64,000 bases of DNA, taken from the NCBI GenBank assembly GCA_964016885.1, contig OZ024753.1, positions 40,610,001-40,674,000 of the forward strand, written 5' to 3'. Position numbers and translations under genes: made by a program. This document shows positions 28,274 through 42,770 of the stretch, in pieces. A model generated the notes under the pieces. The model ran no database searches. It saw only the letters and a list, made by a program, of their open reading frames with translations, and was not told where the DNA came from. Source of the DNA: Eledone cirrhosa. Its lineage: Eukaryota. Every line of letters starts with the position of its first letter. Position 1 is the stretch's first letter.

Positions 28274-30080
28274 TTTTCACTACCAATATAATGAGATGTA
28301 TTGAAACTGTAAGACAGGGGTACAATGTAATGCCATGTGGATAAGATCATTTTGGTCTTTAGCCGCATTTTATCTCATAATGAACGGACAGGCCTGTAAT
28401 CAAAAGACCTTCAAGGCTTGAAGATCACCTTCTAAAGGGTAGCATTTCAAGCATGTATTGGTTTCTATTTCTAGCAGGGTGATAACCTCTTACATGTTTC
28501 GTCATCAGTCCAAAGAGAATCAGTTGCTCATTTGCTCCAGTTCAGGTTTGATTGAAAAGATGTATGATTGAAGGCTCTCTAGCAGTGGCCGTCAGGTATT
28601 TTTCCGAGGTGTAGGGAACCCAGGACCACATTATCAAATGTACATTTTCTCTTGCAGTTATGTTGTTTGAGGGAAATTAGCTGCTATTAATAGTAATTTG
28701 ACAGACCACTCACTAGCTTCATTATTGATTCTACGAGTATGTCTGAAATTTTAGGCATCAAATCTGGATAGAAATGTAATTGCAATCTCTACTTGGCAGT
28801 AGCTCACCTAGAGTACTAATATCTATCTTTATACAAGATTGCATTTGTCACCAAACATAGTGAATTGCTGTGGAAGGCATTACATAGTCATTTCTCAGGT
28901 TTTTGCTTCCAGATCTCACCGAACTGCATGTTGCTTCATTACTCCTAATTCAATAACGCAAGTACCGGTTATAAACCAGGGTTGATTTCATTGACAAATA
29001 AACATTCCTTCTATATTCGTTTAGTATTGCCATTGGGATAAATCAAGTAAAAATAATATACTAAGTATCAATTAATAAAAAATATCCATTCCACATTTAT
29101 TCATGTTTATAGTACCTAAGGGATATACCTAGTACCAGTTATATACTTCGACAGAAATGAATTGTGACATTCCTCAGAAATATTTTACCGTGTGTTAATG
29201 TGATGATTCAGTAGATTCTTAAACTCGGGCCAACGCCATACCGCAATTAATATGTTAATAATAAATTGACCCTATTTTTAATGTAGTAATTTAAAACTTT
29301 TATTATAATTAAATGAACGCCCTGCTGGGAGTACAATGAAGACTGAAATAACAACAACCGCCATTGCTTACTCAACACCTATATGTCAACAGAAAAAAAA
29401 ATAGTAATTGTTCTCAATTTATAATCATGACATTATCATTAAATCTACTATTCCAAACCTCGCGACAAGAGAGCATATGTGATTGTTTGATCTGCTAGAA
29501 ATATCAGTCAAATCTACTTCAAACCATACCCTACAGTCTTATAGACAGCGACAAGACACATTTATTATATCCTTAAAAAGAAAGGGCCGCGTGTACTGGA
29601 GTGATTATCCTGTGAAGATATAGGTAAATGTATATATATATGTTTGTATATATTAATAGTTGTCATTATTTCCTTTGCCTTTCAACCTTCCGGGGTCGAT
29701 AGAATAAAGTACCAGTAATGCATTGGGTAATTGCTGGCCTTGTGCCAAAAGTAGAAACAATTATTTCCTTAATTGTGTCTTTATACACGTACAAACACAT
29801 GCAATCCGTCCGTCCATTATTCGTCCGTCCGTCCATCCATCCACACTTATATATGTGGGAAAAGACACAACACATCACCCTATCCGAGAATCGAACTCAC
29901 AACATCACGATTGCTATCCCAAATTTCTAAACACGAAACCATGCATACACAGACATCCACATAAATCTTAGTTGCAGACATATTCACCATGTTAGAACTC
30001 TGGTTGAATACTTCAATTACTACTGCGTCTAATATACTTGTTTAGTTTTTAATGTTATTATTATTATTGTCAAGCTGTGA

Positions 30081-30402
30081 GGGCGGTGAATTGGCAGTAT
30101 TGGTAGAGGGTCGGACGCCATGCTTTGCAGCATAGTGTTACAATCCTTTACGATCTGAGTTCAAATCCCGCAGAGGGATCGATAACATAAAGTAACAATC
30201 ACGCACGGGGGGTCGATTTAATCGACTTTCCCCTCCCTCCAAATTACTGGCCTTGTGCCTATATAAGAAATCATTATAATTGTCGAGGGCTGGATTGGCA
30301 GTATCGGTAGAGGGTCTGACGCAATGCTTTTCAACATAGAGTTACGACCCTTTATGATTTGAATTAAAATCCTGCCGAGGTTAAGTTTACCTTTCATCCT
30401 TG
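30081..30402 (+). mobile_element. Cluster of SINE S1 copies and fragments
   Basis: Two heads (30081, ~30287) and a long-subfamily tail at 30185-30275. Confidence 0.8.
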
Positions 30403-30727
30403 CAAAATGGGGAATTAGCACAACCCCGAGATCTTTGGATACAATTGCCTTGCGTTAGTTGTATCGGTGTTCTCCCCTCCTAGATAAACCCCGCTGATGT
30501 AAACATTGCTTTTCAGTTTGTCAGAGCTAACAAATAAAGTTTTAGGCAAGAAGTGGATTCGTTTCTTGTTTATGATCTTATAGTTACTGCCTACATCAAG
30601 TAAGATGCTAGAAATCACGGGACATTGCAATAGAACTATATTCTATTTGTCAAGAGACTCGCCAAGCATTGTTCGCCCATCTGATTACAAATTTATTTCT
30701 ATTATAATAAAGTAGAAGGGTGTTATA

Positions 30728-30920
30728 GGCGGTGGATTGGCAGTATCGGTAGAGGGTCGGACGCAATGCTTTGCAGCAAAGAGTTACGGCCCTTTATGGT
30801 CTGAGTTCAAATCCCACCGGTGTTAACTTTGCCTTTCATCCTTACGGGGTCGATAAAATAAAGTACCAGTAATACACTGGGATAATTGCTGGCCTTGTGC
30901 CAAAAGTAGAAACAATTATA
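30728..30920 (+). mobile_element. SINE S1, full length with TSD
   Basis: ATTATAATAAAGTAGAAG duplicated on both sides. Confidence 0.9.
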
Positions 30921-31904
30921 ATAAAGTAGAAGATTACTTTATATAGGATTCATGTTTCCTTCTTTAGTGAATATATAGAGTGTAAGGAAATAGATTTTAT
31001 ATATGAAGAATAATTTTGAATATGTAATGATATGTATGAAATACTCGAGAAATTGGGGGGGGGGGGGATACTGATGGTAAGAATGTCGGTGCTTGGAGTC
31101 GTTTTTTTCATTGTTCAATTGCGGATGAGCTTTGATCATAGTTCTGCTAAATCAGGCTTTCCATGGTGTTAATAAAGAAAAAGAAAAAGCCGCATTTATC
31201 ATTCACGAATCCACTATTTGGCTACACAATCGGAAGATAAATATAAACCAAACTATACACAAAACACTAACAAAAGATAAAATTATTAACACAAAGAAAA
31301 AGGAATTAAATATGCAAGATAACAAAGTCCAAAGACGTTATGATAAGAAACCAATTCATTGCATACAGACACAAGGTGACACACACACAAACACACACAT
31401 ACACACACACACATATATATATATATATACACGCAGAAAAACCTGCTCTCTAGATTTTTCTGGAAAAAAGTCGCCAGCTGAAAGTCACCACATGATATAT
31501 ATATATATATATTATATTATATTATATATATATATATATATAGTTAGGGAAGCAGAATATTGTTTATTGTAATCCAGTTCGTGGTTAAGACAACCATACC
31601 GTAGGTATATATATATATATATATACCTACGTACATACATATTTAATATCATAAATGAAAAATAAGAAACAACATACATTGTCCTCTGTTCCAATATCTC
31701 TGTGGAAAAAATTATTATTTTATTATCATAATTTACTTCAGTATGTATTTTATATGAGAAGTTGAATTTAAAAAAAATGCTCTTATGGAGAATAAAGATA
31801 AATTTGTTTATATATATATATATAATATATATATAATATAAATGCACAAACACTCACACAGAGACACTGACACACACACACACACACACACACGCGCGCG
31901 TATG

Positions 31905-31962
<58 letters not shown>

Positions 31963-32449
31963 TGTGTGTTTGTGTGAGCGTACATGCAAGTGTGTATTAC
32001 AATATGCATGCATATATCGCGAGATTCGTCGTACCTCTACTGAGTAAAAGTGGACAGATACGGATTGTGAAGTATTATAACAAGAGTTATATAAATATGT
32101 GTGCTATTACAGATTCGTACTACGAACGAACGCAATCTACTATATACATCGCGAACACAATCTAATAACTAATTGATCTCGGTTTTATACGTAAGTTTTC
32201 AATTTTTCGCTACGATAATCATTGAAGAAACTAAAAGTTTTAAAGTTGCATCATGGTAATATGTATTTTAAAGCAGAAGAATAAAAGTAACGTGCAAATG
32301 ACTGAAGAAGGAAACAAGTCATATTTGTACGTATAACTTCTTTTTTAGAAATATCTAACAAAAATTGTTGAATTTCATCGTTTTGAGATCGATAAAAAAA
32401 GTACTAGTCTAGTACTGGGGTGGATTATTCCTTTATATATCTTTTTTAG

Positions 32450-32667
32450 TGAAGGTGTGTGGCTGAGTGGTTAGAGAATTGGATTCGCAGTCTTGAGGTT
32501 GTAAGTTCGATTCCCGGACGGGGCGATACGTTATGTCTTTGAGCAAGACACTTTATTTCACGTTGCTCCTTCTACCTGGAGTTGCGACCGATAGATAGTA
32601 CTAGCAACTGGAAAGACCGACGGAAACATTGTTTCCTCGGTCCGATTTGACGAAAGTCGATCGATCA
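32450..32667 (+). mobile_element. SINE S2, full length
   Basis: A box TGGCTGAGTGG, B box GTTCGATTCCC, CORE-like TGTCTTTGAGCAAGACACTT, tail …GTCGATCGATC. Confidence 0.88.
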
Positions 32668-33658
32668 GGAATATCTTTCTCATTCCTTTACTCTCACTTT
32701 CTATCTTTCTCTGGAAGAAATCTGCCGTACTCAGGCCTGGAGAGGGATGCGCTCTGCCAGGTTTCAAATGCCCAAGAAACGCTGTATGTCAAACGAGGCA
32801 CTTACGAATCTATCAGGAGTTACGGGACCATACATAATAGATTGACATCCAAAAGTACTCAATATCTCTGTGGGATGTTCGATTAATATTCTATATATAT
32901 TAATTTTTAGCTTCATCCATAAACGAAACCTAACCTCCTCGTGCTTTACACGATCCACTTTGCACGGAATATTACAACTATTTAAAAATATATTTTGTCC
33001 ATTCAATTATTTAAGAAGGACATGAAAATAATGTTGGATTTCGATTAGGCTACGTGTGTTTTTTTTTTCCTTCTATTATAGTGAGCTTTATACGAAGATA
33101 TGTTGTCTAGACACGAATAGCTATCCTAAATGTTGTGCAAATCGACGAGTTTATGGCGTATGTCGTTATATGGGAAGGATGTTCCAATTAGGTAGATGAA
33201 CTGGTAGCTATATCCCTAGATATAATTGGATTAAAAGGATACACAAACCAGAGTATCTTCCGCTGTTTTATCTCATTGGGGTGGTCGGGATTGAAATACT
33301 CCTTCCTAAACTCTCATTGGGATGTGTTGCAACTCCGTGGAAGATCTCGCTGTTGAAAGATAAGCAATAGGTTCGTTTTCAGTCCCTTTCGCTAGATTGA
33401 TAACTATATCTGGGTGTTGGTGGAATATCTTATGTAGATACGCTGTTAACTCATAATATTTTCCAGTTGGATAATACTCAAGTTATTACACGTTTAATGT
33501 TATGTCCAGAAAGGAAATGTGGGCAAGTTAGAGTTAACCGTAAGGTTTAAGCAGGATTGTTTTAAAATACCCATAAGATGTTTTCTGAAATCATTTATAG
33601 TGTAGCCACTCCCGGGTTTGGGAATTGCTGTGTGTGTGTATGTGAAGACAAGGGTGTG

Positions 33659-33701
<43 letters not shown>

Positions 33702-33709
<8 letters not shown>

Positions 33710-33862
33710 GTAGTAAGAAACACAGTAAATCGTGTCTAATATTACGAGGGTTGAAGAACCATATTTGTTTGAAATGATGGTTAAATATTTCAAACAAATA
33801 TGGTTCTTCAACCCTCATAATATTAGACACACGATTTACTGTGTTTCTTACTACATATATTA
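33702..33862. repeat. Fold-back inverted repeat (~72-bp arms) next to (TA)n
   Basis: ATATGTAGTAAGAAACACAGTAAATCGTGT…TTTGAAAT mirrored by ATTTCAAAC…ACGATTTACTGTGTTTCTTACTACATAT. Confidence 0.9.
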
Positions 33863-34025
33863 TTATAATTGTTTCTACTTTAGGCACAAGGCCAGCAATT
33901 ACACAGTAAATTACTGGTACATATATTATTATAATGATCAGTATTTATACTTTGAGCTTGTTAATTACAGCGTTTCAGTATGAGTTATTAAATCTAACTT
34001 TCATTTATATATATAAATATATAAA

Positions 34026-34146
34026 TCGAAACGGCTTGAGCTCAGCCGTCGGGGTCCTACTCGTTCCTATTACCCACTCTACTACCCTAAGTATTGAGTA
34101 CTTTGGTGCGTTATGGTCCACCTGGTTCCTTACCACATTTCCTTCG

Positions 34147-34147
<1 letters not shown>
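34026..34147 (+). mobile_element. Family A long arm only
   Basis: Starts at TCGAAACGGCTTGAGCTCAGCCGTC, ends TTCCTTCGT(TA)n. Confidence 0.85.
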
Positions 34148-34184
<37 letters not shown>

Positions 34185-34221
34185 CGATTGTGTTGTTATT
34201 TATGTTTACCTTTTACATATG

Positions 34222-34263
<42 letters not shown>

Positions 34264-34267
<4 letters not shown>

Positions 34268-34595
34268 TGCGTGTATGTGTAGCCGTATACAAGTATAAAT
34301 ATTTATATATATATATATATTTGTGAGTGTGGGTATATATGTGTGCCTATATGTGTATGTATATATATATATATATAGGTGTGTGTATGTGTAGGCGTAT
34401 ACAAGTATAAATATTGATATATATATATATATATATTTGTGAGTGTGGGTACATATGTGTGCCTATATGTGTATGTATATATATATATATAGGTGCGTGT
34501 ATGTCTAGGCGTATACAAGTATAAATATTGATATATATATATATTTGTGAGTGTGGGTATATATGTGTGCCTATATGTGTATGTATATATATGTG

Positions 34596-34651
<56 letters not shown>

Positions 34652-34737
34652 TGCGTGTATGTGTAGGCGTATACAAGTATAAATATTGATATATATGTAT
34701 ATATATGAGTGTGGGTATATATGTGTGCCTATATGTG

Positions 34738-34779
<42 letters not shown>

Positions 34780-34822
34780 TATATAGGTGCGTGTATGTAT
34801 AGCCGTATACAATTATACATAT

Positions 34823-34863
<41 letters not shown>

Positions 34864-34893
34864 AGTGTGGGTATATATGTGTGCCTATATGTG

Positions 34894-34934
<41 letters not shown>

Positions 34935-34975
34935 GAGTGTGGGTATATATGTGTGCCTATATGTGTATGTATATA
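34264..34975. repeat. Compound minisatellite with (TA)n spacers
   Basis: Recurring AGGTGCGTGTATGTGTAGGCGTATACAAGTATAAATATTG and TGTGAGTGTGGGTATATATGTGTGCCTATATG blocks. Confidence 0.9.
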
Positions 34976-35250
34976 TATATATATATATATATCCATGTTT
35001 GTTCAGTGGATATAAATGGCGGCTTTTATGCACAATACAAAAAAAAAAAAATAAATGTTCGTTAACTGATATCAAATAATGGCTATATTTATATCGCAAA
35101 TCAGAAGTCTGCTGAAAAATAGACATTATAGCCAAAACACAACGGTTATCTTTCTCATTTTTATTTTGTTCAATTTGGTAAAATCGCAAGTCTTTCGGGA
35201 AATCAAAATACAATCAGATAATATATTTCAGCTTGTTTTTCGATCTGCCA

Positions 35251-35349
<99 letters not shown>

Positions 35350-35507
35350 ATATATATGTGGGTGGGTGTGTGTTATATATAAATATATACATACATATAT
35401 ATATATATATCAACATATATAAACTTATATATAAACATGTATGTATATAAGTATATATATATATATATATATGTATGTATATATATATATATATATATAT
35501 ACGTATG

Positions 35508-35549
<42 letters not shown>

Positions 35550-35723
35550 TATTTATATGTGTATATATATGTGTGTGTGTGTGTGTATATGTATATATAT
35601 TCATATTTCTATCATTTATATGTTTTAAAATTCGGACGAATCGAAAAAAAAAACAAAAAAAAAAAGAATTACAACTATGAATAATTAAAACATAAAAAAG
35701 AATACGAAGTATGATCAAGGCAT

Positions 35724-35815
<92 letters not shown>

Positions 35816-35926
35816 ATCACCATGATGACATTATTCAGAGTTGTTTATATAATTCTAATAAATGAATGTCCCACGACAATTCTGTATATTTCTGTATTTG
35901 CGTTCGATATTATTCTATGGTGTTTG

Positions 35927-35969
<43 letters not shown>

Positions 35970-36060
35970 TTATACGTATATATGTATATATGTATATATA
36001 TATCTATATATATGTATATTTATGTATATATCTATATATGTATATGTATATATATATATC

Positions 36061-36091
<31 letters not shown>

Positions 36092-36220
36092 GTATATATA
36101 TGTATATATATATATGTATATATATATGTATATATATATGTATATTATATATATAGTATATATATATATATGTATATATATATGTATATATATATGTATA
36201 TATATATGTATATATATATG

Positions 36221-36255
<35 letters not shown>

Positions 36256-36421
36256 GTATATATATATGTATATATGTATATGTATATATATATGTATATA
36301 TACATATACATATGTATATATATATATGTATTATGTATATGTATATGTATATATATATGTATATGTATATGTATATGTATATATATATGTATATGTATAT
36401 ATGTATATGTATATATATATG

Positions 36422-36452
<31 letters not shown>

Positions 36453-36681
36453 TATGTATATGTATATATATATATGTATATATATATATGTATATATGTA
36501 TATTGTATATATATATGTATATGTACATATGTATGTATATGTACATATGTATGTATATGTATATATATATGTATATATGTATATATATGTATATGTATAT
36601 ATATATGTATATATGTATATATATGTATATGTATATATGTATATATATGTATATATATGTATATATATATATATATATATG

Positions 36682-36735
<54 letters not shown>

Positions 36736-36880
36736 TATGTACATATGAACAGTCCATAAGGTAATACATTTACTATAGTATTAATGTATGCATCTGCATT
36801 CATGTCACTCATATACTTGGCAACACTAACATTCTTTTCAAATGTTAATCCTCCACGCTCCATCACACACACGCACTTAC

Positions 36881-36956
<76 letters not shown>

Positions 36957-37246
36957 GTATATGCTGATTATCAAAGTGTCGGTAATAATCGCTAACACCA
37001 TATGTACTGTAGCAAATGGTTATCACAGAAAAATGATAAGACATTCACTATTACAAAATAATTCAATCTACGCCACGCCACTTATAAGCAACGTCAGTAA
37101 AAAGAGAAAAAATGGCAGAAAATATTTTGCTTATGTAAAAATGTAAACACACTCAAGAGAATATAATATTTCAAACAATATTCCACCTTTTTTTAAAACC
37201 TATATGCTATAGTCTCCCTTCCCCAACTCATCGTATTTTGAAATGA

Positions 37247-37365
<119 letters not shown>

Positions 37366-37380
37366 TTTATACACATATTC

Positions 37381-37412
<32 letters not shown>

Positions 37413-37559
37413 TTTATACACATATTCATATATATATATATAGATATATATATAGATATATATATAGATAGATATAGCAAATTATATATGGCAATAATGA
37501 AACAAAGAAAAGAACAGAAGTTAAGCAAAACATGGCCAGTCGTCGAACAAATATAATCT

Positions 37560-37759
37560 NNNNNNNNNNNNNNNNNNNNNNNNNNNNNNNNNNNNNNNNN
37601 NNNNNNNNNNNNNNNNNNNNNNNNNNNNNNNNNNNNNNNNNNNNNNNNNNNNNNNNNNNNNNNNNNNNNNNNNNNNNNNNNNNNNNNNNNNNNNNNNNNN
37701 NNNNNNNNNNNNNNNNNNNNNNNNNNNNNNNNNNNNNNNNNNNNNNNNNNNNNNNNNNN
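37560..37759. other. Assembly gap (200 N)
   Basis: Run of N; a family A half-palindrome begins at 37760. Confidence 1.
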
Positions 37760-38812
37760 GCCGTCGAAACGGCTTGAGCTCAGCTGTCGGGGTCTTACTG
37801 GTTCCTATATATATATATGCATGTATATATAATGACGGTGTGAGTGTGCATATGAGTGTGCGCGCGCTTATGTATAATTTCCTCCTTACTACGTTTCATA
37901 ACATTCAGTATCGGTTCTTGTAATAACATAAACATCAGTATTAAACATTAAAAAATCAAAGTTTCTCACAACAACGAGTGTTACGTCATTGATGTATTTA
38001 GCATATTTATTTGCTTTACATATTTAACACGTTTCATTATATGATGTTTCGCTGATGCTATGAGAACTTGAAGAGAATCGTAATTACGTCAGCTCTCTTA
38101 CCCAGATTAATATACATGTTTCTTGCCTGACACTCGCTGCTCGATTGTGCTTCAGTAACAGCTAAAACAGATAGTTATTTGAGTTTAAGTTTCCTTTCCT
38201 TTCTTCTATATTTGTGATGTTTATTTGGCTACTGTTAGCTAACGACAGCTAGCGTAGCCATAGGAATATCGACGTGAAATGCAGCATGACTTGGCCAATT
38301 ATACAAGGAGTAACCTTTCACACCTTGAAGTATAATCACAGCTGATTTCTTTTGTGAGAGCGGGATAGTGGGATAGAGAGATAGAGAGATAAAGAGTTTG
38401 GGAGAGACAGAGAGAGAGAGAGAGAGGGAGAGATCTTCCGGGGAAACGCCTTCACCATTCTGTCCGCCGGGGCAGTGGGAAGGCCAGCGCGTGGGACCCC
38501 ATTTGCTCACCATACAGAGAGATGGGGAGGGCGAGTGAGAAGGAGGCGGTGACAGTGGGAGTTCGGCTTTTCCACGTTCGGTCCATATCCTTCTGGTTGT
38601 GCTCAGACTGTGCACTGTAAAGTAGTTGATAGCTTGCTACCCTAAGTATTACTTTATATTCCGTCTGGTATTGGTGTGATTGAATTCCTATACTAAATTG
38701 ACAGAACAATGCACACATATTAAAATTATTTAGATATTCAGATTCAATCCTTTTTTATAATACACTTCCTGCGTCTAATCTGGCCAGAAAGATTAATTTT
38801 GTGTAGCTAATC

Positions 38813-39099
38813 CAGAGGTTCTCAATCTGAGCGCTACGGCCCCCACTCTGGGGGCGTTGGGAAGATATAATAGTATATTAAATATCAAATGATACATATA
38901 TATATATATAATAAAATAAAAAATATATAATACTTATTTATACATATTATATATTATATTATTTATTATATACAGATTTTATTCATTTATTATTTACAAT
39001 TTGTGTTTAACCAGGTCTCTCTGGAAATAGGGTTTGGAGTGCTGAGGGTATTACCTGCTTGTGAGGGGAGCAGTGGCCCCAAAAGTTTGACAACGTCTG
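38813..39099. mobile_element. hAT (Charlie-type) MITE
   Basis: TIRs CAGAGGTTCTCAA / TTGACAACGTCTG; 8-bp TSD AGCTAATC / GGCTAATC. Confidence 0.8.
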
Positions 39100-40140
39100 G
39101 GCTAATCCACAAATTCCTTAATAAGGATACTGAAATGTTACAAAGTAAACACAACTTTAATAACCCGAAATAACAATAAATTAATAAATAAACAAGAATT
39201 TGATCGCACCTATACGTGACGGTTTGTTAAGTAATACTAATATAGCAATATACGAATACAACACTATCTATATTGGCTGAGAAATGGAATATTCTGTTAA
39301 GATATTTCTAAAAGGTAAATAAAAGTTATGTCTAGAACCAGACACAGAAATAGATATATCTTGGAATATATTTTTAATAGTGACAGAAAAATATATAGCA
39401 GCGTATGCGTAATTAATAGGATCAACAAACAGGCAATAAATAAAAATTTAGGAGAGACCAGTTTAGAAATATATATGGATTTGATAAAGAGCAACTTAAC
39501 GTTTCTAGCAGAAACTAAGCTTTAAAAAGAAAGATATGTGAGTGTGAATCTATACCTCCATACTAAATAAAATATACGGAAATATATTAATTACGTTTAT
39601 TAGTTTTTACCAACAGAGGTGGATGATACTGTTTATATTATAAAAGATATATGAGTATAAACCAGACGGCTTTACATACTGGTTCAGTATATATTTAATG
39701 TGTATAGAATAAAACTTTCGAGTTTTCATTAGAAAAATATGTACATTTATATACTTAAATGCAAATAAACAAGAAGTTAGACACATAAGGTGCGGAATCA
39801 CAATCAATCATGCACTCACACACACACGCACACATACACACCCATACACACACGCACACACACACACACACATACACACACACAGCCACACATAAACACA
39901 AGCGTATATATACGTGTATGTGTATACAGGGGCGGTGGAACTGGGGAGGGGCAGAAAGTTTAGTACCGAAGTAGACTTTCAATATCTATTTATTATGGCT
40001 AAGCCGTGTTACTCTGGAGTCTCACCTACGTACTCACCAGACAAGACTGGTGATACTGTGAGTGCGCAGGTGAAACTTAAGGGTAACAAAGCTCACCAAT
40101 AGCCATAATAAATGTATATATATATATATATATTTATTTT

Positions 40141-40571
40141 CAAAATTCCGCACGAGGTGAACTAGCCTGCTTTTAAATTCCCTTTTTGGCATATTTTGAC
40201 AGTGATACTTTTGGTTATCGTGTTGAGCTCTACTGAGGAACGATTCCAACCGTGACTAATCCCACTGAAAAGTCTTTTTAAGACTATATAGTCTTTTTAA
40301 GTCTTTTTAAGACTATATAGAGCATTTGTAATTTTTCCAAATTGAAGGATGTGTATTTAAACTTTATTTTATTCTGAGTTAAGACTCTATTGGTTTTTTT
40401 CCCTGGATTTCACAAAATCTGTGGATAAAATCTCTTGTCTTGATTTTTTTAAAATTGAGTTTGAATTATTTTCCCACATCTTACGTTAATTATTTTCCTT
40501 TTTGACGTTATAGTCACTTATATATTATGAAATACTGTTGGCTTCTTGCTCACATTAATTTCTCCATTTTC

Positions 40572-40575
<4 letters not shown>
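40141..40575 (+). mobile_element. Family E element with damaged hammerhead (40227-40323)
   Basis: Colinear with the reverse complement of 16253-16630; GCTCTA-CTGAGGA…TAGAGC; the 3' strand of stem II is deleted and stem III is locally duplicated. Confidence 0.8.
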
Positions 40576-40607
<32 letters not shown>

Positions 40608-40631
40608 GAAGTAATTCCGTCGGAAAGGTCC

Positions 40632-40702
<71 letters not shown>

Positions 40703-41040
40703 GAAAATATATATATATAGGAGATGAATAAATTTTGTATAATACCAGTTTCTTACCAAATGCGAAGACGGTCGATATATTAACCCCTTAGGAAAGGGCA
40801 CCGAGCGTAATTACTTATAATTATATACATACAGTGGCGGAACTGGGGGCCATGCCGCCCTCCAATAGTTATATTTCCCCAAAAAACTATCAAATTACAC
40901 ATCCATTTGTATATGCGCTACAATTTATGTATATGTTATATTTATGGCATATCGAAGTTTTCTGACCATTTTAGAGTGCAAAAAGCTAAACTAATCACAA
41001 CTAAATAGTCTATATATATGTATATATATATATATATATA

Positions 41041-41095
<55 letters not shown>

Positions 41096-41234
41096 GAGTT
41101 AAACAAGATTCAATGAGTACATCAAAGAATGAGTTTTACAGTAGATTGGAAGCACTCTACAGTAAATAATTTTCCACAGTTATTAATATTAAAATACAAA
41201 TATTAATAAAATAGATGTTCTTTTGATCAATTAA

Positions 41235-41287
41235 ATTTTATTATACATATTTCAGAGGTACAACAGTACGTCCTCATCAGACAAAAT
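41235..41287 (-). ncRNA. Minimal type I hammerhead motif (family B, left arm)
   Basis: ATTTTGT-CTGATGA-GGACGTAC-TGTT-GTACCTCT-GAAA-T-ATGT-A-TA-ATAAAAT. Confidence 0.75.
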
Positions 41288-41322
41288 ATAATGACACATC
41301 TCAGGGTATGTCATGTATCATT

Positions 41323-41379
41323 AGATTTTGTCTGATGAGGATGTACTGTTGTACCTCTGAAATATGTATAATAAAATTT
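41323..41379 (+). ncRNA. Minimal type I hammerhead motif (family B, right arm)
   Basis: AGATTTTGT-CTGATGA-GGATGTAC-TGTT-GTACCTCT-GAAA-T-ATGT-A-TA-ATAAAATTT. Confidence 0.75.
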
Positions 41380-41428
41380 AATTGATCAAAAGAACATCTA
41401 TTTTATTAATATTTGTATTTAAATTTTA

Positions 41429-41466
<38 letters not shown>

Positions 41467-41501
41467 GGCGGGAGAGCCTTTATATATACTTACATACATA
41501 C

Positions 41502-41539
<38 letters not shown>

Positions 41540-41559
41540 GCGCTCTAACACACACATAT

Positions 41560-41642
<83 letters not shown>

Positions 41643-42142
41643 TATGTATGTGTGTGTGTGTGTGTGTATACAGATATGTAGTTGGGTGTGGGTGTAAGTG
41701 TGCGTGGATGTATGTCTTGAATGTTGAATCTTTAAATATTTGAGCATCAGGCAACAGGTTTGACCTTTACGAGTTTCGCTCTATTTTAAATATCCGTGGG
41801 AATAATGAAGTAATATATAAATACAACATAGTTATATGTATATAGAGTGGCTTCTGTGAACAACACAGATAACATCCTTCTATAATTAGGGTCATATTTA
41901 CCAAAAACTAATAGCATATCGGCTTCGTTAATTTTTATATGTGCATATAAATAAATACATACATGCATACAGGCAGATGCATACACAGACACAAACACAT
42001 ATATCTATCTATCTATCTATATATATATATATATATAAATATATATATATATGTGTGTATATATAAATGCAGACTTTACAGCTACGTTTATCTATATTTA
42101 TATCTATATCTATATATATATGTATATATATATATATATATA

Positions 42143-42500
42143 TTAATAAAAAGAATTCCAACTTTGTCTGATTTACTCGTTTTATTTACAATCCTTTAAA
42201 ATTTATAATGGTATTAGAATGAAATAGTATGGTAGAATATTAAATGTTAAGTGTTAATTGAACAAGTACTTTCATGCTTTCACAATCTTCAGGTTCATAA
42301 TGTGTGGTGACAGTCAAGTTTGCAATTTTCAACTATCTATTAATCTATCAATTAACACTTAACATTGCATATTCTACCATACTATTTCATTATAATACCA
42401 TTATAAATGTTAAAAGATTGTAAATAAAACGAGTAAATCAGACAAAGTTGGAATTCTTTTTATTAATATAATCTTCTATAAACAATCATACACACCCGTG
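42143..42500. mobile_element. Family D fold-back element
   Basis: Arms 42143-42261 and 42347-42468 are inverted copies (~120 bp). Confidence 0.85.
42259..42297 (-). ncRNA. Minimal type I hammerhead motif (family D)
   Basis: TGAAC-CTGAAGA-TTGTGAAAGCAT-GAAA-GTAC-TT-GTTCA; 1-bp stem III with palindromic GTAC loop. Confidence 0.7.
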
Positions 42501-42623
42501 CATATTTATCTATCTATCTACATATATTTTTTATATATAGATAGATATATAGATAGATAGATAGATAGAATTATAGATAAACGTATCTGTAAAGTCTGCA
42601 TTTATATATACATATATATGTAC

Positions 42624-42658
<35 letters not shown>

Positions 42659-42703
42659 CACATAAATGCGGACTATACAGATACGTCTTTATCTATCTAT
42701 TTA

Positions 42704-42768
<65 letters not shown>

Positions 42769-42770
<2 letters not shown>

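Larger units (their letters stand above)
41091..41430. mobile_element. Family B fold-back element with a hammerhead in each arm
   Basis: ~100-bp inverted arms around a ~35-nt spacer, (TA)n on both sides. Confidence 0.88.

Noticed and set aside
28490-28515. CTGATGA-C-GAAA-CATG-TA on the - strand
   Set aside because: No stem II and no stem I pairing; probably chance.
32450-32525. tRNA gene
   Set aside because: The tRNA-like head runs straight into SINE body and tail; no proper acceptor stem or terminator.
40832-40870. CAGTGGCGGA TIR-like start (also 39927)
   Set aside because: No matching second end or TSD found.
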